Below are positions 15,906 through 28,095 of a stretch of DNA of 64,000 bases, one piece after another (position 1 is the first letter of the stretch; each line of letters opens with the position of its first letter). The stretch covers positions 14,246,418-14,310,417 of the forward strand of contig CAVNZM010000001.1 in the NCBI GenBank assembly GCA_963693365.1, read 5' to 3'. The notes beneath the pieces were generated by a model, which had not been told where the DNA came from, made no database searches, and saw only the letters and a program-made list of their open reading frames with translations. Position numbers and translations under genes: made by a program. Origin of the DNA: Amoebidium appalachense. Its lineage: Eukaryota > Protista > Ichthyosporea.

Positions 15906-16765
15906 GGTGGGATTTGAGATAAGAGGAGTAGAATTTGAGATGGATCCAGGGTAGAAATTGCTTGCTGAAAGGCTGAGAAGGCGTTTGGTATAGGACGGGA
16001 ATCAATCTTTTGTTTTCTTCCTTGCTATTACGATTGGGCACTTTGTGACGGCCTAGCAGTTATAGATTATTATAAACTTGACAACTTTTCAGGCTAGGAT
16101 AGCAACAGCTCTTCCCTGGAGGTCTGTATAGAGATATATATGTATATACTTGTACCTGAAAACACACCATTACTAGAGGAATGCTGGATAATTCCTTCTG
16201 CAGCTGATTCTAGCTAGCTATAGGCAAAACCGATTATCGTGGTGGTTCCTCTTATACCCTTCACGTGCTGTCTTGTAAGGTTGCCAACTCCAACCCTGGA
16301 GGTTGTTCCAATTGGGGTGTGAAAACCGTGATCCATGGATATGAAACCATGGTGTTGATATGAAATATCTAGGCTTGTAAATGCTATCCCAAACTCATGA
16401 TACTAAAAATATTGAATAATTTAGCATCAACAGCATTACGGCGGGTAGCAGTTTCCGCTGGACTTACAAAATAAACAAATATTGAACATGGCTTGATCAC
16501 ATGCGCTTATGAATGGGTGCTTGACAACCCCCCCCCCCCCCCCCCCCCCCCCCGGTGCATGCTATCTCCGTCCGAGTCTCTCTCCCTCTCTCACTCTCTC
16601 TCACTCTAAATTGGGACCAATTATTATTGTACACATCGATTTGCCACAAGAAAAAAATAAATGCTTGCTCATGAACAGAATTTACCAAACCTTTGGTAGG
16701 GGGGAAAAAAAGGGGAAAAAAAAAAAAAAAAAAGGGAGTACGGCAGTGCATGCAACCCTCCTGCG

Positions 16766-16800
<35 letters not shown>

Positions 16801-16933
16801 CGCCACTAGTTTCGGAGGCTCCACCAGCCGTGGCGTGCCCACACACACACTGTGCAGACAAGCACACACACAAAATCCGACAACCTTTAAGTTATGACAC
16901 AGTAACACATTCTACACATACGTACACCACTGT

Positions 16934-16967
<34 letters not shown>

Positions 16968-17267
16968 GGCGCATGCGCACATGCACGGGCACCACTTCCA
17001 GAACCAAGGCACCGATGCCTCCTAACATGAACCCACTCTTGTAGACGTTGTCACCATCATTTCCATTCAGATTGCTTCAAGTTGTATTTGTCTGTGCGCC
17101 CCACCTTTGAGCCAGTACGCACGTGTCACACAGAGCTCGAACAACCAACACTACTTGACTCAGATTGCCCATTTTTATATGTGAAATCCACCAATGGCAT
17201 ATCACAGCTATTCATGTGCGTGATCAGTGATCGTTGACAACTTCGGTTACATTCGTTCAAACAACAG

Positions 17268-17336
<69 letters not shown>

Positions 17337-17695
17337 AAAAGAAAAAAAGAAGAAAACAAAAAAACAAAACGGAAACCCAACAAAAAGACAAACATATAAA
17401 ACACAACAACATTCCTTCAAAATGGCAAAGTACATTCGCAAAGTTTATGTGCTGTCAGATTTGGGGCACCCAACACCCAATAATGCTTTCATGATATGAC
17501 ATGCATGATGCACGTGTGCGCGCTCTGTCACGTGTTGATGTGTGCCTGTGCACCCACGTGTTTCACCCACCATGCACGTATATATATAGCCCATACCACC
17601 TCGTGCACCAGGGCCATTGGGGCCCTACAATCAGGTGACCAGGGGCATAGCGCAGACCTAGTTAAACAGTCGAACGGCAGAACTAGGAGTTAACT

Positions 17696-19753
17696 CTATG
17701 TGGTGTTCTTGACATTCTCTCCGTGTTGGCGGCAGCGTTGGGCGTCTTCCTGCTGGCCCACAGCATCGTACAGGTGTTCCCCCGCATACTCCAGGCACCT
17801 GCGGCAGCAGGCGAGTCACGGGTACACGTTCCTGCAACGTGTTATTTCTGCACCACAATAAAGGCGCCTATATGCAGGAAAGCAAAGAATAGAAGCCACC
17901 GTAAAAAGACTTGCAAACATGAATGGCACCATACATGAAGTCCAATGTGTTTCACGCGGGCAAGATAATTATAGTTGCGACATTTTAGAAGCAGTGAAAT
18001 GTGTAGGGAGAATCGCTCGACATGGTGGGGAAAAGGATGAAAGGAGGGGTGGGATGGGGAGGTGTTGCTCACCGTGCCGCCATAGGTCAGTCGTAGGCGC
18101 ATGCAAAGTGTTCGGCGGCCTGCAGCATCAGCGGGCGGCGCGCCGCGGGGTCAGGCTGGTCCAAAGCCAGCTGGCTGTGGTGCTGCCCCAGTGCCCCGTG
18201 TGCCGCCGCGGTGGCCCCGGCCCGCTGGTAGCACTGTGCAGCCAATCGGAACAGCCCGCTGCCTGCCAGGCTGTCTCCCCGCTCCCGCCACTGCTCCCCC
18301 GTCGTTGACTGCCCAAACGCCTGCCCGTCCCACGTGCCCCCACCCTCCTCGCCTGCAGGACAGTGCGTTTAGTAAAAGTGCCAGATACCTATTCCATGTG
18401 ATACTGGCAAGGCTCCCAGACCGGTAGATCTCATGCAAATCTCGGCAATTTTCAAGCAGGTCGGTGCGTAACTCTGGATAACATGCTCGCCCAATTAGGA
18501 AAAAGAAGTCTTGGACACGATGAACAACTTGCCGAGCTAGGAAAAGAAAGCCTAGAAAACGATAGACAGGCGCAATAGAGGCAACCCCGGCTGCATGCAT
18601 AGCACCAACACAGTCACCGGAGTGACATATACTACCTCCTGCTGAAACAGCTTGCTCACATGTGGGGGCAGCGTGGCGCCTATGTCGTGCACCAACGCCA
18701 CATCCTCAGGCCCCAGCGTGTCTCTCTGCAGTAGGTCGAGGAGGTGACTCCCGTACCTCTCCATGTAGTCCCCTTCAACACCGTACACAGGGCCCAGAAG
18801 AACTATGCGTAGATCCATGTTGCTGATTGGCAGAAGCAGCCGCCCAATCACGTGAAGGAGCTCCCGTCGCCGGTCACCAGAACTACCAATGACTGCATTG
18901 GGAGGGACAGATTAAAGGGGGTTTCAATAAAGGGCGGTTTAAAGGCCCTTTCTTTAGGGTCAGGCCAAAAGCGCTGTTTGATGCGTATCTGGTCAACATT
19001 AAAGCGCATTGCTCATTCGGGTCTAAACCGACCCGAAATCCTAAAAGAGGCTCTCTTTAAGAGCATTACTAATACGCAGCATGGCTGTGTTAAGAATCAT
19101 TAAATTGTGTTCAGCTATGTGCTTCACAGCCAGAACACCGGGTGTTTCATGAGTATGGGTTTGCCGCAATCCAACCGTTTTTTTTGTTTTTCTTTGTTTT
19201 GGATTTTTTTCCTTCAAAGGCCATAACGTCTTGATTGCATGCCGTATATAAGTTGGATTCGCCAACAAAAACAAGCAAAAATCTCCCACTGCCCATCACA
19301 GCCTCACCACCGCCACTACTTACCAAACTTGGTGATCTCCATATACCTTCTGACGTGTTCACCAACCACGTTCATGAGGGTATGGCAGGCAGAAATTGTT
19401 CCATCATCCATGGCCGCAAGCAATCGACCAATCACATCGCTGAAACCCTCGTCCGTATTAGGCAAGTGACGACAAAGCGTTACCATGCACGTCATGCACC
19501 CATCAAGCACGTCATTGTTAGGATACGTCACGACCATGTTGTGAAGCGTTCTCATTGCTCTCTGGTGAAGGGTGCAATCGAGAACGTCGTGTTCCATGAG
19601 AAGCGTGTTGATATTTGCAAAGCATTGGGCAATGTCTGCTTTCCTGAGCACTGGCTGCCGGCTAACACAGGACGCGGCCCCAAACATAAACTCCTGTGCA
19701 TGCGGAACCGCAGGTCAGTTACCTTAATCACATTTACATCACGAATTCATATA

Positions 19754-19801
<48 letters not shown>

Positions 19802-20209
19802 AAAAAAAAAAAAAAAGGTTGCTAGGCAGGCAGGTAGCAGTCCCCTCCCCCTCCTCCTCCCCCCTCCCCCCGGCGCGCCAACACACACACACACACGTGT
19901 GTGCGAAACCACGAGTGCACCTGCCCACCCATCCAACCTGTTGACCACACACAAACCACCCATTCCACCTACACACACAGGCCGATCCATAAGTACTCCC
20001 TCTGGTTTCACACATCAACTTAGGTAAAGTATGCCAGTCATCCACAACACTCCAAGGACACAAGCAATCGGGCACACTGCACACGGTCACATCTGTCTCA
20101 CAATGCAGAAAACCCATACCGACCTGCTTGCATTCATGCCCGCAATCGTACCTGATCAGCGGTGCGTGCATCACACACACACACGCGCGCGCGCGCGCAC
20201 ACACACGCG

Positions 20210-20308
<99 letters not shown>

Positions 20309-22379
20309 ACACGCACACATACACACACACATTGGCAAGTAAGGACGAAAGAAAATGCAAATAAGACATGCCTCCGTGGGTGTACCAACCGATCGTAAAG
20401 CCAGCATGTGCATGCACAGGTACATCCCCACAGAGATAGAAAGTTAGGCGGCGAGCCAAACAAGGCATGCACACATATCTAAAAACCCCCAACTGTATAC
20501 AAAACCAGGAACTTTAAATTTCACATCCACTCACCAAAGATGTAGCACTGTTGCCGTGGCCATGGAAGAGATTGTATATCTCCCAGAATAGCTCACACTT
20601 TCGGTCAGGGCGGGTGTTTGCTCTCAGCACGGTGCAGAATATGCATGTGTCGTCGTGGTCGAACTGGAACAGATGAAGCCCATCCTGTGGTTTGTGGCTA
20701 AGCCCAACCCAGCGTTAGTTGAAAAAAAACAAATATATAGTTGTATATGTTTATATAGTTATATAGTTATATGGTTATATATGTTTTCTATAACATATTC
20801 GCTTTATTTTCATCAGTGGGGACTACGTCTCCTTAGCTTGATGTATGAAGAAGACGCCTCCTGGTACAAATGTGAAAATATATTTGTTTTAATTTTATCT
20901 TACTTTACCGATTTTGACTTCAGCAGTTTTCATATCGAAACATCTAACATACCACCACCATGGCTATAGGTTCAGCAAAAAATGTTGCTGTTGTCGCCAC
21001 AAGGACGCCCTGATATGATACTGAACTAGCCCAAGCACAGCGTCATGGTACGTGCCGTCAAGAACATCCCGGGATCCAACACGGTATCGTGCATATGATC
21101 CGAGCAAATATCCCAGCGGTTAATGAGGAAAATAGAAGTAGGATTTGGCAATGTGGCTCTGGATCAACCAAGAACAAGAATTACTCACTGAGGTACGCAG
21201 GGGGGAGAGAAGGGGGTTGAGGGTGGGAAGGTTGGTGGTGGTGGTGGGGGTGGGGGGGGGGGGGGGGGGGGGGTGAGGGGGGGCACATGCCAAACACAAT
21301 GATTACAGGTGTAGGAGAGGTGACAGGGGAGGGGAGGTGAAGACGAGGCAGGGGGGGAGCGAGAGGGGGGGGAGGGGGGGGGGGGGGAGAGGGGGGGGGG
21401 GGGGAGGGAGGTGATATATGCATTAGAGTGTTGGAAACATGGAGGAGACACCAAACGATAAAATGTAAAAAGTTACAAAAATAAAAAGACCCTAAATCGA
21501 ACAATGAACCATAAAAAAAGGGAACAAATAAAAAAAGACCCCATGCAGAAGACACGAACGGAAGGGGGGAGGGGGGAGGGGGGGGGAGGGGATGGGATGG
21601 GGGAGGGGGCAGGGGGAGAGAGGTCAAAAAAACCTATTCTGACTCCCCCTTAGCCTCCTACGTACCTTGCGTGTGCACTCCACCCATGCATCATCTCTCT
21701 GGCCAAGTCATGAAACCCATCGGCTATAAGGTCATGCACCAACATCTGCACCTCGTAGGGTGCACACGGTACGTGCGCCATGATGGATCGCAGCTGCATA
21801 AGAACTCCCCCCCCCCCCCCCCCAAAAAAAAAAAAAAAAAAAAATTAATATTCTAGCTGCATAGAACCCCCCTCCCTCTCCCCCCCCCCCCCCCCCCCCC
21901 CCCGTCCCCCAGGAGACCATAATCAGCATGTTGTACTTCTACTAATGTATCCCTGTATCTCTGTTCTCAATTGACCAATATTCTAGCTGCATCGCCCCCC
22001 CCCCCCTCCCCCCCCCCCCCCCCCCCCCCCCCCCTTTGCCCCTTCCCAAGGAGACCATAATCAGCATGTTGTACTGCTGGTGTATCCCTGTGTTCCCTCA
22101 ATTCTACCCCGGCTAATAGCCCAGCAAAGCAACTGATTTGTGCAAAAAACCATAGCAACTTCACTCTGACCACGGCCATCTAGATGTTTCTAGATGGCCG
22201 TGACTCTGACCCACAACCATCGCCTTTAAGTCTAAGTGGAGCGCCCTTGCCCGCAGGTTTTACTTCCTACTTTGCAACTTGACCCTATAGGTCTGTCCTT
22301 CCAAACACACCCAGAATCCCTCCCATACCTTCCGTCATTCTGATTGTCCACCCCAACCTCTCGAGCCTTTCCCACACAG

Positions 22380-22416
<37 letters not shown>

Positions 22417-22949
22417 CCTCTCCCCCGGAGGCGCAAATGCCACTACCCAAGACACCTTCCGTATACTTTGAGGAACCCATCCAGCAAACCCTCCCCCATC
22501 CCCCCCATCCCCTCCCCCTAGTTCCTTACTCCTTTTCCCTGCTCCCCCCCCCCCCCCTTCCCCCTCCTCCAAACCCCCCCCCCCCAAAAAAAAATTCTTT
22601 TTTTTTTCTTTTTATCTTTGAAAAGGGGTGTGGGGTATAGGAGAGTACTAGAGGGGAAACCAGGGGGGGGGGGGGGGGGGGGTGTGGGTGGGTGGGTGGG
22701 TGGGGGGGGGGGGGGGGGGGGGGAGGGGGGAGGAGGAGGCGCACACACCAAGTACAAACCCTCCTCCCTTCTCACACCGCGGCCACAGACAGCCAGCCGC
22801 TCCCTCAGCTCTTCCACCGTGCCAACACCAACCAGCCACCCGTCGGTGCTTGGGCTGACGGCCGGCCGGCCCAAGTATGCCTCATATGCTGCCGGAAGAC
22901 TCACCGGGCCCACCTGCTGCGGCGGTGTTTTTTTGCCCTTGCGGCCCAT
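17696..22949 (-). pseudogene. Multi-exon probable pseudogene; helical-repeat protein with a TRANK1-like TPR segment
   Basis: Exons 22949-22749 (MGRKGKK..EEGLYL), 21793-21666, tentative exons at ~21158-20953, ~20690-20597 and ~20151-20120, then a phase-compatible run 19693-19324, 18892-18636, 18536-18422, 18352-18073, 17867-17696. Exon 18352 encodes QSTTGEQWRERGDSLAGSGLFRLAAQCYQRAG...MLQAAEHF, recalling TRANK1 STPEEW..GD....WKVAAKCYQKGG. In-frame stops: TAA 18495-18497, TGA 18087-18089, TGA 17816-17818. Confidence 0.6.
21847..22092. repeat. Tandem duplication, ~130-bp unit with an internal poly(C)
   Basis: aatattctagctgcat-(C)n-aggagaccataatcagcatgttgtact..tgtatccctgt occurs twice. Confidence 0.75.
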
Positions 22950-23080
22950 CGTGAGCCCCTGGTAGATTTATCACCTTGAATGATGCATAGGAAATGATGG
23001 GGCTGTTTTGTGGCTATGTGGGTGGGTGCCTGCCTGCAGAAAAGAGTGTGTGCAGACTCTTAAGTAGCTGCTGGCCACCG

Positions 23081-23151
<71 letters not shown>

Positions 23152-23277
23152 GGGGGGGGGGGGAGAGAGAGAGAGGGAGAGAGAAAGGGGGGGGGGGGGG
23201 AGGGGGGGGAGAGAGAGAGAGAGAGAGAGAGTAGAGAGAGAGAGAGAGAGAGTAGAGCGAGAGAGAGAGAGAGAGAG

Positions 23278-23363
<86 letters not shown>

Positions 23364-24167
23364 TCCGCGGAGCGCACGCACGAATGGATGGGTGTATAAA
23401 TAACCATGAGATAATCCTGTTGTGGTCGCCTGTGCATCTGTGTGTTTGTGTAAGAGAGCTCACGCAAAGGTGTGTGAGTTCTCGAGATCAAAGATTGAAA
23501 GAAAGCCAAACATGCGGTGGTGCAAACTGCTGTTAACCTTAACAAAAAAGCAATTGCTCTGCGTTTTTACCAGTAAGACCAAGCGGGCACAAGACCAGAT
23601 GCACAGAAGCCATGACAGTGTTCCACGGTAACTGGCCGAGAAACTGAGAGGGTTTTGACTAGTTTAGGCCTGCAGCAGCACAGTGGAATGATTTCATAGA
23701 GACCATCCAAACTATGCTTTATTTGCAAAAAAACCGCTTCAAACATTACACTGTAACTTGGCGTCAGAACATGCTAGCTGGCTTAGTAAATCTTACGTTC
23801 AATTATTCCTCAGGACGCGCGTTGCAGCTGCGCCTTGAAAGTGAAGTGGACAGTGGAATATTGAACGTGGACAACCGTGTGCAGCATCCGGTATGTTGGG
23901 CCATTGGTCACGGCCAGGTACGTGCATCCAGGCTGCTTATCTCCCAGCATTAATAATGCACATATATTTATGGTAACCAAAGAATCCTATACATATATAA
24001 CAAAGCCTCCTATATATATACTGCAGGATGCCTCTTGCACTTAGTCGTCCAAAGTACGGGTCTCACGAATGTACTAAGCTTGTGAGACGGTGCTTGTGCT
24101 TGTTGGCAACAGCGCTAGCCAAGGCTGTTATGTGTGTTTGCGCAAACTCTGAGCCACTGAGCCATCA

Positions 24168-24182
24168 TGCGCATGTATGCAG
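24168..24182. repeat. Target-site duplication, left copy (15 bp)
   Basis: tgcgcatgtatgcag, identical to 28081-28095, and directly next to the element's A-rich tail. Confidence 0.9.
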
Positions 24183-24485
24183 TTTTTATTTTATTTTATC
24201 ACGTTTTGTTCCCGGAGGCCTTTTCAGGCCCTCTAGAGAAACTACCGTCTACCACACAGCACCGACAGTACACTAGTTAAGGTGCTATCTATGAGTTCAG
24301 CTAAGCTAAACCATCCTTCACAACCTAACTATAAGTACACACTTTGCCCAGGGCTACTACCCCAGCCACGCCGGCAGGAGGCTCCAGTCCTCCCCTCCAT
24401 TCAAAAACCTAGCAATAAACGTTAACCGAGGGCTCTCATTGGTCGATCTACAGTATTGGGAAGTCCTAGGTGTTGTGTATAATAT

Positions 24486-26279
24486 TTACGGTGGGTATGG
24501 GTGGATGATGGGGTGTGGTGGTGGTGGTGGTGGGGGGTTGCTGCCTAACATTATGTGTTGGTGTACGTATGTTGTGGCGATGTTTTTGTGGACTAAAAGG
24601 TGGGTTTTACAGGGCACACCGGGTCTGTGGGTGTTCCGGCATTCAGAACAGGCCGGCCGGGTGTGTGTGGGGGGTGTATTTGTTGGTTTTTTGGGTTTTT
24701 GGAGAGCCATACTTTTCTTTCTACGGGTGGTGGGTATATGGTGGTGTTTTTGCATTTTAGGGTGGGTGGGGGGGAGTGTTGTGTTCCGTGGGTGCCAAAT
24801 TTTTGCAAAGAAAAAGGATTGCAACTCTACTGTGATTTTTCCTAAGATGGCCCGGGTGGTGGTCTTGGTGGTGCCGGTGGCTGCAAGTAGTGGGCCCGCC
24901 GATCGTGGGCAGAATCCCCGTTCGACCCACTTGGTGTCTTCGGGGTCAGGTGGGTCACCGTTGCCTCCTATCCAGTTTATCCATGCACATTGGTCTACCA
25001 CCGTGGCTGCCGTATGGTGGTGCTGTGCCGTGGGGGTGTTTGGATGACGAGTGTGCAGGACGTTGTGGATGCAGGCTGTGATGGCGGTGGTCAGGGTGGG
25101 GACTTCCCCGGCATGGGCCGGGCAGGCCCAGAGGTGGGTGGTGGTCTCAGGGTGCTGGCTGCACCGGGGGCATGTGGGCTGTGTAACGACGGTGGGGTGA
25201 TCTCGGTGTAGCCGTGCCATGGTAGGCAGGGTGCCCATGGCCAGGGACAGGCTACGAGTGTTTCCTCTGACTGCCCCGATGGTTGCCTGTGTGGGCCCCT
25301 TGTTGAGCTTGAGGGGGTTCCGTTCGGCTGGGAGCAGTCTGGGGTCGGCTAGTATGGACATAGCCTTGGTCTTGCCGGCCATGTCGGTGAGGAAGTCCTT
25401 GTTCAACCAGTTCAGTGTACCGGGAATGTTGCCGGGGATACGGTGGCCTTGTAGTCGTAGGAAGTATTTCCCCCCCCCCGGGGCCGGAGGTAGGGGGGGG
25501 GGGAGGGGGAGGACTCTTCCTGCATTGGCTGCCTTGTCTGCCTCGTTATTCCGTTGACCGTACCGTTTGGTGTTGGATTGGTGCCCCTTCACCCACGATA
25601 CCTGTACAGAGCCTGGTTGCCGGAGAGAGAGTTGGTCTCGTACGTGAGCCCATTCCACTATGTGGGGGAACTTTAGCTTGCGTCGAGGGGGTGTGGTGGG
25701 GTCTATATTTGCCGTCCATCGGTCGACTACTCCGAGGTTATCGAGCTTGATGTGGATGGGGGTGGTGGTGGGGGTGAGCAGGAGGGCTAGTAGTACCCCT
25801 GTGAGTTCGGCTTGGGTGGATGATAGGGCCGTATGGAGCCTGGTCTTGGCCGTCACTGGAGGTGCTTTCCGGTCCGGGGTATCCAGTGCCGCCCCGGCTC
25901 CGGCCTGGGCTATCCTCCTGCCCGGGTGGATGAGGCTGCCGTCCGTATAAACGGTGATCGGTTGGTCTGGGGGGATCAGGGTGATTTGCTGCTGCCACTC
26001 GTCATAGGTGGCCTGGGGCACCAAGTCGGTGTAGGTGAGCCTACGGGGAGTGGGTGGGCTCGGCAGGTCAGCCGGGTGGGCCGTGCACTTGTGTCCTGGT
26101 GGTGACCCTACCGGTGGTGGCTGCTGGGGGGGGGGTGGGCCGGGGAGGTCCCCCGGTAAGGGTGTGGCTTCCTCGTTGGCTTGCAGGTGGAGCATCTGGG
26201 GGTGATGCCTGTTGGTGGGGGGGAAGATGCCGCCGGAAATGGTGTATCTTCCTCCACTGCTCGGCCGGATCGGAGCCAT
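24486..26279 (-). CDS. LINE ORF C-terminal segment: RNase H (~25525-25955) and zinc knuckles
   Basis: RNase H catalytic D-E-D-D residues plus the conserved His (WVKGH). CxxC-x-H-x3-C knuckle at ~25125-25175. This is a fragment of a frameshifted longer ORF, so the listed ATG is not a true start. Confidence 0.85.
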   Translation of the reverse strand: MAPIRPSSGGRYTISGGIFPPTNRHHPQMLHLQANEEATPLPGDLPGPPPPQQPPPVGSPPGHKCTAHPADLPSPPTPRRLTYTDLVPQATYDEWQQQITLIPPDQPITVYTDGSLIHPGRRIAQAGAGAALDTPDRKAPPVTAKTRLHTALSSTQAELTGVLLALLLTPTTTPIHIKLDNLGVVDRWTANIDPTTPPRRKLKFPHIVEWAHVRDQLSLRQPGSVQVSWVKGHQSNTKRYGQRNNEADKAANAGRVLPLPPPLPPAPGGGKYFLRLQGHRIPGNIPGTLNWLNKDFLTDMAGKTKAMSILADPRLLPAERNPLKLNKGPTQATIGAVRGNTRSLSLAMGTLPTMARLHRDHPTVVTQPTCPRCSQHPETTTHLWACPAHAGEVPTLTTAITACIHNVLHTRHPNTPTAQHHHTAATVVDQCAWINWIGGNGDPPDPEDTKWVERGFCPRSAGPLLAATGTTKTTTRAILGKITVELQSFFFAKIWHPRNTTLPPTHPKMQKHHHIPTTRRKKSMALQKPKKPTNTPPTHTRPACSECRNTHRPGVPCKTHLLVHKNIATTYVHQHIMLGSNPPPPPPPHPIIHPYPP

Positions 26280-26662
26280 CCTTCAGTGCGATGACTTGGT
26301 AGATGTCGATACTGTCGGTGTTGATGAAGTCCTTGTGGTACTTCGGGACTACCATGTGGGTGGTGATTCGGGTCTTGAAGGCCACGTAGGGGTCTGCCCG
26401 TATCACCTCCACAGCACGGGTCCACCTCACACACTGCTTGTTGTGGGTGTGATTATCGGCTGGGGGCTCAGGGGGCTCGTATTTGCTGTTGGTGCTGTCG
26501 GTGTTAGAGTCCTCTGAGTCGTCGGAGTCGTCGCTGGGCCCCGTCGACTCCGATTCTGGCTCCGTGTCTAACCCTTCCCCCTCTCCGTCTGCGTACCCGG
26601 GGTTGGGGGAGAGGGTGGCCGGGGTGTAGGCTAGGTTCCATGGGGAGTGGCCGTATTTGCAG

Positions 26663-28080
26663 TCACCAGGGCAAAAGCGGGAAATGGGCTGTTCCATGTG
26701 GGTCGTTCCACGTGGGTCGGTGCCATCTCAGCCCCTCCTCCTCTGTGTTGTCCCGTAGATGGGCTATTTTGACCCAAGCCTCCCCGTTGTGGGTGGTGTG
26801 GGCCACCACCTGGCTGAGTTCGTATTGCCCGTTCTTGACTATTTCCACCACGAATGCACCGACGGGGTGGTTTGGCACGAGGTCAATGGTGTGGTGGGTG
26901 TGTGGTCTGGGTGCTGGCCGTAGTTTGTCTGCGATGGGGATGGCCCCCTTGATGATGGACCTGTACCACTGTGTAGCTCCCGGGTGTAGTAGGTCTGGGG
27001 GGTGGGGCAGTTCGGGGAACGCCCGGAACACCCCCGGCCGTACCATGGTGTCCTCCACCGTGTAGAGTTGACGGGGGTGTGTGTGGGGGCCGATGTGGGC
27101 CGCAAAGGTGTGGTCCGGGAAAACGGTGTTGATAGGGGTGCTGGTTGTTGTTGCTGCTTCCCCTCCTTCTCCTTGGGGGGAGGGGGGGGGGGGGGTGGGG
27201 GTGCTTGTGTTTTTTGGGGGAGGGGTTTCCCCAAGACTCAGGTGCCGCTCGTGAAGGATCCCCGTGATATGGGCCCAATAGTTGTGGAGCTGCTTTCCCC
27301 CTAGCCTGTAAAGTTTGGCTGGGGGTGCTTGCAGGGGTGGGTAGGGTAGGCCTGTCGCGTGTTGCTGCTGCCAGGCTCGGTACCGGACCACGTCCCCTGC
27401 TGGTCCTGGTGTTTCCAGCAGGGCACACAGCTCCGTAACCATGGTGCTGGCTGCTGATTCGACGATGCTGGCCAGTCCCCCTAGAGTGGGATGGTGTAGC
27501 AGCCCGGACGGGGTGCTCCGGTGGAAACCACACTTCCGACGGAGTAGGTCTCTCCACTTGCTGTCGATTGCCTGCATGGTGGTGTTGCTGATGACTGACC
27601 CTTTGAGGAGGAAGAGGATGGCCGGGGCCACCACACTGTTGGCTACGTAGATCACTTGGCTGGGTGCCAGCATTTTACGGGCTAGTATGGTGGTGGCCCG
27701 TAATGTCAGCTGCATGGCCTTCCCATCGTTGGGCCGGGTGTGTCGTTGGAGGGTGATGTTGACCCCTAGCACTCTGATGTTTGCATCGGGGAGCTCGATC
27801 TGAATGGGTAGGGGTGGTGCTCCCGGGGATTGCGGTACTGCATGGGGGCCACTGTTGCCCGTGTTGGGGTACCACGGGCGAGGACTGAAAACTTGTCTGG
27901 GTGTGGTTCCAAGTCATGGTAATAAAAAAAGGGGGCAGATAAATCGAGAGTTTGCTGGATGCTCTCCTTGTTGGGGCCAAACCATGTTGTGTCGTCGGCG
28001 AAAGCTACAGACGTCACACACGGGGGTGTTTGTGCCGGTGTGTGGTGCTGTGTCTGTGGGGGTAGGTGGAAAGTGTACCC
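26663..28080 (-). CDS. LINE ORF fragment: reverse transcriptase C-terminal part (frameshifted near 27770)
   Basis: CVTSVAFADDTTWFGPNKESIQQTLDLSAPFFYYHDLEPHPDKF in one frame, then LGVNITLQ...SQVIYVANSVVAPAILF...IDSKWRDLLRRKCG in the next frame. Confidence 0.8.
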
Positions 28081-28095
28081 TGCGCATGTATGCAG
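28081..28095. repeat. Target-site duplication, right copy (15 bp)
   Basis: tgcgcatgtatgcag, identical to 24168-24182. Confidence 0.9.

Larger units (their letters stand above)
24183..28080 (-). mobile_element. 5'-truncated non-LTR retrotransposon (LINE) with RT C-terminal part, RNase H and Cys/His knuckles
   Basis: Starts just upstream of the RT catalytic motif VAFADDTTWF. RT thumb-like region follows (VIYVANSVVAPAILF..LHHPTLGGL). RNase H: YTDGS..AGAG..STQAELTGV..DNLGVV..WVKGHQ..NNEADKAA. Knuckles CPRC..ETTTHLWAC and CSEC..H..C. About 290-nt 3' UTR, (ATAAA)n tail, perfect 15-bp TSD. At least three frame changes (~27770, ~26680, ~26100-26280). Confidence 0.92.

Noticed and set aside
17696-18500. 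Stop-codon reassignment or selenocysteine to explain the in-frame stops
   Set aside because: TGA ends the lyase, TP53I11-like, syntenin-like and FAM193-like CDSs and TAG ends Miro. The internal stops are of mixed types and no SECIS was evident.
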